NCBI RefSeq assembly: GCF_046119375.1
Contig: NW_027362763.1
Location: forward strand, 189,038,001-189,102,000
Direction: 5' to 3'
Source of the DNA: Phyllobates terribilis
Taxonomy: Eukaryota
Length of the DNA: 64,000 bases
Below the pieces are notes generated by a model that searched no databases, was not told the origin of the DNA, and saw only the letters and a list, made by a program, of their open reading frames with translations. Numbering within the stretch: the stretch's first letter is position 1; every line of letters begins with the position of its first letter. The position numbers were made by a program, and so were the translations under genes. Positions 11,322 to 24,021 of the stretch are shown here, in pieces.

Positions 11322-11560
11322 TGGAGAGCTATGTGGGTCCCTTTATACTATATGGAAGGTTATGTTGGGGCCATCATACCGTCTGGAGGGCTATGTGGGG
11401 GCCATTATATTGTGTGGAGGACTGTGTTGGGGTTACAGTTGGGGCATCATACTGCATTGGAGTCACCATACTTTGCTGGGTGGATACAGTAGGGTCATCA
11501 TACTGTGCATCTGGAGGGTGCTGTGTGTGAATTCACTGTGTGGGCATCATACTGTGTTTG
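11322..11560. repeat. Degenerate ~32-bp tandem repeat (GGAGGGCTATGTGGGGGCCATTATACTATAT-like)
   Basis: About 7 diverged units; one unit is split by the Helitron (left half at 8832-8858). Confidence 0.7.
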
Positions 11561-11780
11561 GGGGCACTTTTGTTGTGCTCCACCATATTTTTTTTTGTGG
11601 TGGGATTGGGACTTCTGCTATGGGGCTCCATGATTTCAATATACGCCCCTGCTTCACCTTGTCTATCTGTCCACCATACAGTGATATAAAATGCCTTCAT
11701 CATTCTTAAAAAGAAAATTTTAGCAGACGTATGTATTATTCTGTTTGGCAGCAGCTCAGGTTTGGGATATGAGGTTATAA

Positions 11781-12112
11781 AGGGGTCTTCAGCCTTAGGA
11801 TACAATTCTGCATTTACTCTATGTGACTGCAGACTTGTAATTCTCACAACGCACTCTGTGAGGATTCCCTGGTGCCGACACCGGGAGCGGGCAGTCATGT
11901 GACCACAAGAATGCGATTTGCATATTTCCAGCCACATTCCAACTAGAGGTATCCAGCCTCGCTCTCTTCACTTGCAATGACCACCGTGATGACCACTCCC
12001 AGCGTCGGCACAGGGGAAACCTCACAGGGTGCAGTGCACACACTGTGAGAATTCAAAAGTCTGCAGTCACGTAAACTGACTGCAGACCTGTAACCTTAGC
12101 CAGACAACCCCT
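11781..12112. mobile_element. T2/Kolobok-like MITE
   Basis: AGGGGTCTTC...GACAACCCCT termini flanked by ATAA/TTAA; inverted internal CTGCAGAC..TGAGAATT segments. Confidence 0.55.
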
Positions 12113-13393
12113 TTAAGGCAACAAAAGTGTGTACTGTGCTTTTCATTGGCACAGAAGCATCTTCCTACAAACCCTGCAGAAGCCGTGTTACAATCTGAAT
12201 AGTCTGCTACTGCAGAAACGGATAAGTATCACCTGTGTAGTGCTGCTCATCCATGTAGAATTGTCAGGTTCTGATATTACTCCGTGATATTTAGAGAATA
12301 TTTTTCTGAAATAAGTGAGTGGCATATTTTCTTTCATGTTTACAGTGCCACACCTACCTGGGAGGATGGACTAGGCAGCTGCTATGGGGCTACAGTATTT
12401 CAGAATGGGGCCCCCTAAAAAGACATCATTTGCAAAAGGCATCTGAGGCAGAGATTTCTGTCCTGGATCCTCAGAAAACAACTGATTCCAAATACATCTG
12501 TATACTAAGGATGCAGATAGCGTTGAAACCTGCGACAACACATTGAGTCGCACTTTCCTTGCCCTGCTATTCTCTCTATTGTAGACCATAGAACAGGTAA
12601 AAGAAAGTTATCATCAGAAATATACTTACTTGGTTACAGCAGGTTTGTGTGATAATTTTTTTGCCAGTGTTTTTGTACTAAAAATAAAAAGTTGACATTT
12701 TGCCATTCTTACAGTGTCCACTGAGGCTTTTTAGACTCTAATTTCCTGTTGTTTCAGGATATTCAGATGTACATGAGCCACAGCGAACAGACACTGACCG
12801 TATCTTTTACATTGAAGCATCTAATCAGCATCTGCAAAAGAAATTGTAAACTAAGGAGGAGCAGGCATAATAGTGACATCAAATATTGTGATTTGTGGAT
12901 TCTTTATTACTAGCTGTGTTTTGAGATGTTACCTGTCACTGTACAGTAGTGTTCAAAATAATAGCAGTGGGTTCAAAAACATGAGTTAAGCACAAATTCT
13001 TTATACTAATTTTTATTTCTATGCATTGGGAACATTGCACACTGTTTTCTAATTCAAAACATGAAGAGAAATGTATAGAATTTTTAACTACTTTACAGTA
13101 AGTAACAAAAAATGAACATTGGGCTGTTCTAAACTGTTCTAAAAAATAGCAGTGTCTGCATTTGTCTTTGTAAACTCATAATTAGTGTTGAGCGATACCT
13201 TCCGATATCAGGAAATATCGTATCGGATTGGATCGGGCCGATACCCAAAAAGTATCGGATATCGCCGATTCCGATACCGGAAACCAATGCAAGTCAATGG
13301 GACACAAATATCGGAATGAAAATAAACCCTTTCTTTCCTTGTAGGTTAATTCTACATGAAGTAAAACAACTAAGAATAATGTAGAATGACATG

Positions 13394-14170
13394 AAAAGCC
13401 GGCAATTCATCAGCGGCATTCACCGGTACCCGACAATTTACAACAGAAAGAATAGAGCTTCACACATAGATTAGATAGATAGAAACATGTCAGTCACATA
13501 TATATGAAGTACAGTGACAGTGTTGCTTACTGTACTTGTCATTTAGTGTAAAGGATTTATTAAAAAAAATATTAGTGTTTTCGTGCACCGTCTCTTTAAA
13601 AAAGCCGGCCGGCAATTCAGCAGCGGTACCCGACAATTTATAACAGACAGAATAGAGCTTCACACATAGATTAGATAGATAGAAACATGTCAGCCACATA
13701 TATAAGAAGTACAGTGACAGTGTTGCTTACTGTACTTGTCATTTAGTGTAAAGGATTTATTTAAAAAAATAATAGTGTTTTCATGCACCGTCTCTTTAAG
13801 AAAGCCGGCCGGCAATTCAGCAGCGGTACCCGACAATTTATAACAGACAGAATAGAGCTTCACACATAGATTAGATAGATAGATAGAAACATGTCAGTCA
13901 CATATATAAGAAGTACAGTGACAGTGTTGCTTACAGAACTTGTCATTTAGTGTAAAGGATTTATTTAAAAAAATAATAGTGTTTTCATGCACCGTCTCTT
14001 TAAGAAAGCCGGCCGGCAATTCAGCATCTGTACCCGACAATTTAGAATAGAAGGAATAGAGAATCACACATAGATTAGATAGATAGAAACATGTCAGTCA
14101 CATATATATGAAGTACAGTGACAGTGTTGATTACTGTACTTGTCATTTAGTGTTAAAATAAAGGATTTAT
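13394..14170. repeat. About 4 tandem copies of a ~200-bp unit inside the hAT element
   Basis: AAAGCCGG...CCCGACAATTT...TAGATAGATAGAAACATGTCAG recurs at ~13395, 13601, 13801 and 14005. Confidence 0.93.
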
Positions 14171-14699
14171 TTAAAAAAAAATTGGCGTGGGGTTCCCCTT
14201 AATTTTAGGCTCTAGCGGAGGTTAAGCAGACAGCTGGGGCAAATGTTTGAAGCCTGGGAAGGGGGTAATACCCACGGAGCTTCCCAGGCTACTAATATCA
14301 GCCCCCAGCTGAATACCTAGCCTTTACTAGCTATTAAAATGGGGGACCCCCCCAAAAAAATGACGTGGGGTCCCCCCTAATTTAATAGCTAGCACAGGCT
14401 AGGCAGACAGCTGGGGGCTGATATTAATAGCCCAGGAAGGGTGCCATGAATATTGGCCCCCTCCCAGGCTAGAAACACCAGCCGTCAGCTGCCCCAGAAA
14501 TGGCGCATCCATAGGATGCGCCAATTCTGGCACTTAGCCTCGCTCTTCCACGCTGCCCTGGTGCGGTGGCAGGGGGTAATAGGGTTGGGGTTGATGTCAG
14601 CTTATAATGCCAGCTGACATCAAGCCCAGGATAGTAATGGAGAGGCGTCTATAAGACACCCCCATTACTAACCCCATAGTCAAAGTTAAAAGAAAACAC

Positions 14700-17600
14700 A
14701 AACACCCAGAATAAAGTCCTTTAATTGAAATAAAGACACAATTCTTTATTGTTCTAAATTAAACCATACTTACCATCACGCCCATTCCAGCTGAAGCCAA
14801 CGATCTCCTGCAATAAAAGAAAAATAATAAAGCAACCTCATCCTTACCTTTCGATGGTTCCCAGGACAGCTCCAGCTCTGCTACATCGAGATGACAGGCT
14901 GGACCGCAGCAGAAAGCTGCCATCCGGCCTGTCATCCCGCAGACACTGAGAAGCGCAGGCATGCTTGCGCTCCTCAGTGTCTCTCTGTGACGTCATCCAG
15001 ATGAGCCGAGTTCATGTCCAATGAACTCAGCTCACCTCATGCACGTCACTGACAGCGTGGGAAAATTCTCCTGCACTCAGCGCTTCAGCGTGAGAATTCT
15101 CCCACGCTGTCAGTGACATACATGAGGTGAGGTCATGTCCAATGAACTCAGCTCACCTCATGCACGTCACTGACAGCGTGGGAAAATTCTCACGCTGAAG
15201 TGCTGAGTGCAGGAGAATTTTCCCACGCTGTCAGTGACGTACATGAAGTGAGCGGAGTTCATTGGACATGACCTCGGCTCATCTGGATGCCGTCACAGCC
15301 AGACACTGAGGAGTGGAAGTATGCCTGCGCTTCTCAGTGTCTGCGGGATGACAGGATGGATGGCAGCGTTCTGCTGCGGTCCAGCCTGTCATCTCCATGT
15401 AGCAGAGCTGAAGCTGTCATGGGAACCATGGAAAGGTAAGGATGAGGTTGCTTTATTATTTTACTTTTATTGCAGGAGATCGTTGGCTTCAGCTGGAATG
15501 GGCGTGGTGGTAAGTATGGTTTAATTTAGAACAATAAAGAATTGTGTGTTTATTTCAATTAAAGGACTTTTTTCTGGGTGTTGTGTTTTTTTAAATACTT
15601 TACTAGAAATTCATGGTGGTCATGTCTAATATTGGCGTGACCCCATGAATTTTGGGCTTAGGGCCAGCTGATAATGCCAAGCTGGCCTTAACCCCTTTAT
15701 TACCCAGTGAGCCACCGCACCAGGGCCCTGGATGAGTTGGGTACAGCGCCAGAAGATGGCGCTTCTATGAACGCGCCATTTTCTGGGGCGGCTGCGGACT
15801 GCAATTTGCAGCGGGGGTGGCCCAGAAAGCTTGGGTCTCCCTGCGCTGCGGATTCCAGCCCCCAGCTGCCTAGTTGTATCTGGCTGGGCACAAAAATAGG
15901 GCGAAGCCCCACGCATTTTTTTTTTAAATTATTTCATGAAATTCATGGAATAATTAAGAAAAAAAGGGCTTCCCTATATTGTTGTGTCCGGCCAGGTACA
16001 AATAGGCAGCTGGTGGTTGGGGGCAGCCTGTTCCTGCCTGCTGTACCTGGCTGGACACAAATATAGGGCGAAGCCCCACGTCAATTTTTTTTAAAATAAG
16101 TCCTTTATTTTAACACTAAATGACATTTGAGGAGTTAATAAAGATGCAGTCCCTAAATTATTATTTATTTTTTAATTAATTTTTCCCAAAACTTTTGACG
16201 TGGGCTTCGCCATATTTTTGTATGCCAGCCAGGTACAGCATCCAGCTTCTATGAACGCGCCATTTTCCGGGGTGGCTGCGCACTGCAATTTTCAGCGGGG
16301 GGAGGGGGGGGGGCAGAAAGCTTGGGCCTCCCTGCGCTGCAGATTCCATCCCCCAGCTGCCTAGTTGTACCTGGCTGGACACAAAAATAGGGAGAAGCTT
16401 CACGTATTTTTTTTTTTTAATTATTTCATGAAATTCATGAAATAATTAAGAAAAAAAGGGCTTCCCTATATTGTTGTGTCCAACCAGGTACAAATAGGCA
16501 GCTGGTGGTTGGGGGCAGCCCGTTCCTGCCTGCTGTACCTGGCTGGACACAAATATAGTGCGAAGCCCCACGTCAATTTTTTTTAAATCATTTCAGGAAA
16601 TTCATGAAATAATTTAAAAAAATTGATGTGGGGCTTCGCCCTATATTTGTGTCCAGTCAGGTACAGCAGGCAGGAACGGGCTGCCCCCAACCACCAGCAG
16701 CCTATTTGTACCTAGCCGGACACAACAATATAGGGAAGCCCTTTTTTTCTGAATTATTCCATGAATTTCATGAATTTAAAAAAAAAAAAACGTGGAGCTT
16801 CGCCCTATTTTTGTGTCCAGCCAGGTACAACTAGGCAGCTGGGGGCTGGAATCTGCAGCGCAGGGAGGCCCAAGCTTTCTGGGCCCCACCCGCTGCAAAT
16901 TGCAGTCCGCAGCCGCCCCGGAAAATGGCGCGTTCATAGAAGCGCCATCTTCTGGCGCTGTACCCAACTCATCCAGGGCCCTGATGCGGTGGCTCACTGG
17001 GTAATAAAGGGGTTAAGGCCAGCTTGGCATTATCAGCTGGCCCTAAGCCCGAAATTCATGGGGTCACGCCAATATTAGACATGACCACCATGAATTTCTA
17101 GTAAAGTATTTAAAAAAAACACAAACACCCAGAAAAAAGTCCTTTAATTGAAATAAACACACAATTCTTTATTGTTCTAAATTAAACCATACTTACCATC
17201 ACGCCCATTCCAGCTGAAGCCAACGATCTCCTGCAATAAAAGAAAAATAATAAAGCAACCTCATCCTTACCTTTCCATGGCTCCCACGACGGCTCCAGCT
17301 CTGCTACATCGAGATGACAGGCTGGACCGCAGCAGAACGCTGCCATCCAGCCTGTCATCCCGCAGACACTGAGAAGCGCAGGCATACTTCCACTCCTCAG
17401 TGTCTGGCTGTGATGGCATCCAGATGAGCCGACAATGAACTCGGCTCACCTCATGTACGTCACTGACAGCGTGGGAGAATTCTCCTGCACTCAGCGCTTC
17501 AGCGTGAGAATTTTCCCACGCTGTCAGTGACGTGCATGAGGTGAGGTCATGTCCCATGAACTCGGCGCACCTCATGCACGTCACTGACAGCGTGGGAGAA

Positions 17601-19030
17601 TTCTCACGCTGAAGCGCTGAGTGCAGGAGAATTTTCCCACGCTGTCAGTGACGTGCATGAGGTGAGCTGAGTTCATTGGACATGACCTCGGCTCATCTGG
17701 ATGACGTCACAGAAAGACACTGAGGAGCGCAAGCATGCCTGCGCTTCTCAGTGTCCGCGGGATGACAGGCTGGATGGCAGCGTTCTGCTGCGGTCCAGCC
17801 TGTCATCTCGATGTAGCAGAGCTGAAGCTGTCGTGGGAACCATGGAAAGGTAAGGATGAGGTTGCTTTATTATTTTACTTTTATTGCAGGAGATCGTTGG
17901 CTTCAGCTGGAATGGGTGTGGCGGTAAGTATGGTTTAATTTAGAACAATAAAGAATTGTGTCTTTATTTCAATTAAAGGACTTTTTTCTGGGTGTTTGTG
18001 TTTTTTTTAAATACTTTACTAGAAATTCATGGCGGTCATGTCTAATATTGGCGTGACCCCATGAATTTCGGGCTTAGGGCCAGCTGATAATGCCAAGCTG
18101 GCCTTAACCCCTTTATTACCCAGTGAGCCACCGCACCAGGGCCCTGGATGAGTTGGGTACAGCGCCAGAAGATGGCGCTTCTATGAACGCGCCATTTTCC
18201 GGGGCGGCTGCGGACTGCAATTTGCAGCGGGTGGGACCCAGAAAGCTTGGGTCTCCCTGCGCTGCAGATTCCAGCCCCCAGCTGCCTAGTTGTACCTGGC
18301 TGGACACAAAAATAGGGCGAAGCGCCACACATTTTTTTTTTTAATTATTTCATGAAATTCATGGAATAATTAAGAAAAAAAGGGCTTCCCTATATTGTTG
18401 TGTCCGGCTAGGTACAAATAGGCAGCTGGTGGTTGGGGGCAGCCCGTTCCTGCCTGCTGTACCTGGCTGGACACAATTATAGGGCGAAGCCCCACATAAT
18501 TTTTTTTTAATTATTTCATGAATTTCCTGAAATAATTAAAAAAAAATTGACGTGGGGCTTCACACTATATTTGTGTCCAGCCAGGTACAGCAGGCAGGAA
18601 CGGGCTGCCCCCAACCACCAGCTGCCTATTTGTACCTAGCCGGACACAACAATATAGGGAAGCCCTTTTTTTCTTAATTATTCCATGAATTTCATGAAAT
18701 AATTAAAAAAAAAAAAACGTGGAGCTTCTCCCTATTTTTGTGTCCAGCCAGGTACAACTAGGCAGCTGGGGGATGGAATCTGCAGCGCAGGGAGGCCCAA
18801 GCTTTTTGCCCTCCCCCCCCCCGCTGAAAATTGCAGTCCGCGGCCGCCCCGGAAAATGGCGCGTTCATAGAAGCTGGATGCTGTACCTGGCTGGCATACA
18901 AAAATATGGCGAAGCCCACGTCAAAAGTTTTGGGAAAAATTTATTAAAAAATAAATAATAATTTAGGGACTGCATCTTTATTAAGTCCTCAAATGTCATT
19001 TAGTGTTAAAATAAAGGATTTATTTAAAAA
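14700..19030. repeat. Hierarchical inverted repeats (P-Y-Z-Y'-P-Y-Z')
   Basis: Two ~0.9-kb palindromes (centres ~15140 and ~17560). 16090-19030 is a ~2.9-kb inverted repeat and 14700-17990 a second, overlapping one. Mirror ORFs in the track (e.g. MPALLSV.. x4) reflect this. Confidence 0.9.
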
Positions 19031-20348
19031 AAAAATGGCGTGGGATCCCCCATAATTTTAGTCTCTAGCGGAGGTTAAGCAGACGGCTGGGGCAGATGTT
19101 TGAAGCCTGGGAAGGGGGTAAAACCCACGGAGCTTCCCAGGCTACTAATATCAGCCCCCAGCTGAATACCTAGCCTTTACTAGCTATTAAAATGGGGGAC
19201 CCCCCAAAAAAAAATGACGTGGGGTCCCCTCTATTTTAATAGCTAGCAAAGGCTAGGCAGACAGCTGGGGGCTGATATTAATAGCTCAGGAAGGGTGCCA
19301 TGAATATTGGCCCCCTCCCAGGCTAGAAACACCAGCCGTCAGCCGCCCCAGAAATGGCGCATCCATAGGATGCGCCAATTCTGGCACTTAGCCTCGCTCT
19401 TCCACGCTGCCCTGGTGCGGTGGCAGGGGGTAATAGTGGTGGGGTTCATGTCAGCGCCAGCTGCCATGAAGCCCAGGTTAGTAATGATGGCCGTCTATAT
19501 GACACCCCCATTACTAACCTACAAAGTGTTAAAAAGAAAACACACACTACACCCAGAAAAAAATAATTTATTTGAAATAAAACACCATTTTATTTAATTC
19601 TTAGTTTACTAAAAAAAAAATAGTTACCTGTCCACGTTCCTGCGCTGATCTCCCATGCACAGCTGTCACATCTGGAGATGGTGACAGCTGTGCATGGCTG
19701 CTGTAAGCTCAGGCTGCCGGGAACACGTCCGCTCCCGGCAGCGGGAGCCACTGACTGAGGTCACCGGAGTGCATTCAGGCAGCGCAGCTCCGGAGACCTC
19801 CTTTACGGCAGTGCTGTACCGTGGGAATTTCTCACTATACAGCAGGGCCGTAAAGCAGCTAACCGGAGCAGCGCTGCCTGAACTCCGGTGAACCCTTACG
19901 GCCCCGTCATTCTAGCGGCGGCAGCGGTTCAGAGCGGTCACATTCTATGTGGCTGCTCTGAACTGGAGATCTTCGTGGGACACTCGTGGACTACTACGGA
20001 GGGGTAAGGATAAGGTTGTGGTTTATTATTTTATATTTTATTACAGGAGATCGATGGCTTCGGGGAATTAGGTGTCTTGGTGAGTATAGGTGTAGTTTTT
20101 TATTTTTTACTTTATTTTAGGTGGCGATCGGCGGGGACAGGTAATGTATGAACTAATTTCTTTTAGGTAACCACTGGCCACCAATGACATGTATTTAACA
20201 TTTATTGGGGACACAGTAGGGCAATTTAAATAGCAGGATCAGGCTGATGGGAACTACTGCTCCCATCGAGCTGATCCTGCTGGCAGGAGTGGATGGGGAA
20301 CAGACATAGGCCGATGGGAGTAGTAGTGTCACATCGGCCTATGTCTGC

Positions 20349-20554
20349 NNNNNNNNNNNNNNNNNNNNNNNNNNNNNNNNNNNNNNNNNNNNNNNNNNNN
20401 NNNNNNNNNNNNNNNNNNNNNNNNNNNNNNNNNNNNNNNNNNNNNNNNNNNNNNNNNNNNNNNNNNNNNNNNNNNNNNNNNNNNNNNNNNNNNNNNNNNN
20501 NNNNNNNNNNNNNNNNNNNNNNNNNNNNNNNNNNNNNNNNNNNNNNNNNNNNNN
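20349..20554. other. Assembly gap (206 N)
   Basis: Run of N inside the hAT element. Confidence 1.
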
Positions 20555-22420
20555 AATCATGACGGGTCCGGGAGGTGAGGCTGACCTGTGCGGCCGTGGG
20601 AAAGTTGATGTGAGTTCATGCAGTCAAGCATGAACTCACATGAACCCTCTGAGGGCACCGCGGCTACTTCAAATGAACAGCTGATCGGCATCACCTGATA
20701 CCTCAGCTGTTCATTTGAAATAACCGGCGGGAAAGCGCAGCACAGAACGGGAAAGCCGGCGGTGAAGTCTTTTCACTGCCGGCTTCCCCGCCCGGGTCCT
20801 TCGCTCCTTGGTGCTGCGCTCCCCGCCCGGTCCTAATTTACGATCGGGATGGGAGGTGGCGAGGGGAGCGGAGGATCGGGGTGGGAGGCTGCGGGGAAGC
20901 AGTATGGGGCTGCGTGATTGTTTAAAAGCCGGCGGCTTTTTACCGCGCGCCGGCTTTTAAACAATCAGGAGAATTCTCCCACGCTGGGATGGCATTCTGA
21001 TGACAAGCTGGATCGCAGCTGAGCGCTGCCATCCAGCTTGTCATCCTTCAGAGACACTGCAGAGCGCAGGCATTATGGGAACTTCCGATTCCGGTATTCG
21101 ATATTATAAAAGTATCGGAATTAAGTATCGGAATTCCGATACAGTGAATATCGGCCGATACCCGATATTTCAGTATCGGAATGCTCAACACTACTCATAA
21201 TATGAACTCTTTTTTGAGGATTAAGCATTCGGGTGAATCACTAACCTACTATTTAGTTGTTAAATCACAGGTTTTTAGAACTGCTTCACATCTATCTTGC
21301 ATAGAGTCAACCAACTTCTGGGACCTGTCAACTGTTATTCCAGCCCAGGATGCTTTCACTACATCCCACAATTTTTGGCATTTGTTGGCTTTGCCACAGA
21401 AACAGCATTTTTGATGTCACCCCACAAGCGTTACATCAGATTAAGGTGCACGGATTGGGCTGGCCACTCCATAACCTCAATTTGTTGGACAGGAACCAAG
21501 ATTCTGCTAGTTTACTGGAGTGTTTAGGGTCGTTGTCTTGTTGAAACACCCATTTCAAGGGCATATCCTCTTCAGCGTAAGGCAACATGACCTCTTCAAG
21601 TATTTTAATATATGCAAACTGGTCCATGATCCCTAGTAAGCGGTAAATAGGTCCGGCACCAAAGTAAGAGAAACATGCCCATGCTTGCACCTCCATGCTT
21701 CACTGTCTTCTGAGTGTACTGTGGCTTGAATGTCGAGTTTGGGGTTGTTTGACGAGTTGTCTATGGTCCTTGTACCCAAAAAGAACAATTTTTACTTTCA
21801 TCAGTCCACAAAATGTTTCTGCATTTCTCTTTAGGCTAGTTGATGTGTTCTTTGTATCCACTTCAGTACATGTCTTTTTTTAACAGTGGGACTTTGCGGG
21901 GACTTCTTGTGAAGAGATTAGCTTCAAATAGACGACTTCTATCACAGTAGTCACAGGTAACTTGAGACTGTCTTTGATCATCCTGGAGCTGATCATTGGC
22001 TGAGCTTTTGCAGTTCAGGCTATTCTTTATCCAAATGGTAGTCTTCCGTTTTCTGCTACGTCTCTTTGGTTTTGCTTTCCATTTTAAAGCAGTGGAGATC
22101 ATTTTAGCCCATCATTGTCTGCACTTCTTCATAAGTTTTACCCTCTCCAATCAACTTTTTAATCAAAGTACGCTTTTCTTCTGAACAATGTCTCGAATGA
22201 CCCATATTTCTCAGGCTTTCAAGGAGAAATGTATGTACAACATGTGCTGGCTTCACCCTTAAATAAGGGACACCTGATTCACACCTGTTTCTTCACAGAA
22301 TGATGGACCTCACTAATTGAACTCCACACTGCTATTATTTTAAACACACCCCCTTTCAATTAATTATTCAAATACACAGAAACATGCAGATCATGAATGC
22401 GGAGTCTGTTGGTTTTCTTA

Positions 22421-22741
22421 GGGTATGTGCACACGATTGTTTTTGGCAGCGCGTTGAACGCAGCATACTCTATGCTGTGTCCAAAGCGCTGCACACAGGT
22501 GAAGCCACATGTGTTCATTGAACACATGCGGCTTCACCGCATCATATCCATTGCACTATAGAATTTCTCTTGCGGAGACCAGTGTCTCCGCAAGAGAAAT
22601 TGACATGCAGCGGTCTGTGAAGACGCGCCGCATGTCCGTCTCCGCGGGTGGGCCGCAGGAGCACGGGAACGCATAGTGGACATGGGATTTCTACAAATCC
22701 TATCCATTATGCTGTAACATCTGGCCACTGCGGATTACACG
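22421..22741. mobile_element. PIF/Harbinger-type MITE, right end missing
   Basis: TTA|GGGTATGTGCACACG start; internal palindrome around TTGCGGAGAC/GTCTCCGCAA; same family as 42672-43017. Confidence 0.65.
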
Positions 22742-24021
22742 TGTTTTGTTTTTGGTAGTATGCAAGAAATCTGGAATTCTTTCTAACTTCTAGAAATTTC
22801 AACATACAACATAATTGACCAGTTACCTTTATTCTGCAAGTCGATAAGATTACGTCAATATCAAATTTATAAATTTTGTTCATGTTTTACAAATTTTTTT
22901 TTACAAGAAAAATCACTTTCTTGGGATATCATATTGTAAGACCTTTTTTTAATTTTTCTGTTTAAAGAACTGCTTGAGGACTTTTTTTGTGTAACGAGCT
23001 GTATTTTTATTGGTAGCATTTTGAAATACATACGACTTCTTAATTGTTATTTAATTTTTTTTTAGCCTAGATTAACAAAAACAGTAATTATTACCTAGCT
23101 TTTCCCATATGTACTCAGTTAACAGCATTCACCATATAGGATTAGAAATTAGAGTTTCGTAATATGGGTCGTTATGAACAAGGCAATGCTAAATATGTGA
23201 CTTTTTGGAGAATTGTATTTTTAAATAGATAATCCATTTTTTATAATTAAAACTGTGCTCGTTTGAGTATAATGATTATACACTGTGCATAGGCCCCAAC
23301 CATCCTGAATCCAGTGCGACACTCCCAGTTTGGTCAGCACTATGTTCCCAACTTTCACTCACTAAGGGCTCTTTCACAAGTTAGTGTGTTGACAGTTTCC
23401 ACACGTACTGGAGACACTGACACATGCAGACCCATTCTAATGAATGGGTCTGTGCACATTTCAGCGTGTTTCTACGGACCGTGTGTCCATGTGCTACACA
23501 CGCTGACATTTCTATTTTTTTTTACACGCTGCACAGTCTGCAAAATGACTCACGCTTTAACACACACGGATGACATCCGTGTGTCATCAGTGTGAAACGT
23601 ACCGATGCCTGGGATCTAGTGGTACAGTTAGCGCTGCTCCCAAGCGCCAGGTGCTGACCGTTTCTGTGTGACAGTACACCGCTCCTGAGCTCAGCGCAGC
23701 TCCGGGGCCCGCTCGCTGGAGCGGCTCATTCTCCCTAGCTCCTCGGCGTCAGCGGTCACATGGATTACAGTGGACATCTTCGGACAGGTGAGTATAAAGA
23801 TTTTATTCTTATTTTTATACATGGACACTGGGGGAGCAGACTACTACTGCCAACATTGTCCCTTGCTCGTGCTGATCACAGCGCCGACAGAGGACAATGA
23901 TGAGGGCAGCGTTCAGCACCCAGCACTTGGGAACAGTGATAACTGTACTGCTGATGCCCAAACGCCGGTACGTGTGCTCCTGATGCGGCACACGTGTGTC
24001 ACACAGGTGCACACCGACATA

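Larger units (their letters stand above)
13183..21193. mobile_element. 8.0-kb non-autonomous hAT element made of nested repeats
   Basis: TIRs TAGTGTTGAGC...GCTCAACACTA. Perfect 8-bp TSD CTCATAAT (13175-13182, 21194-21201). CCGATA subterminal repeats at both ends; no transposase ORF. Confidence 0.92.
12944..22420 (-). mobile_element. Degenerate Tc1 (copy A), split by an 8-kb hAT insertion and 5'-truncated by a Harbinger-type MITE
   Basis: TA|CAGTAGTGTTCAAAATAATAGCAGTG terminus at 12944. Segments 12944-13182 and 21194-22420 rejoin and match the reverse complement of copy B (25786-27372). Remnant FQQDNDPKH motif in ORF 21436-21696. Confidence 0.88.

Noticed and set aside
14759-18958. Repeated short ORFs (MPALLSV.., MRGASPYF.., MSHRTRAL..)
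   Set aside because: Mirror-image products of the palindromic hAT interior; no recognisable protein motifs.
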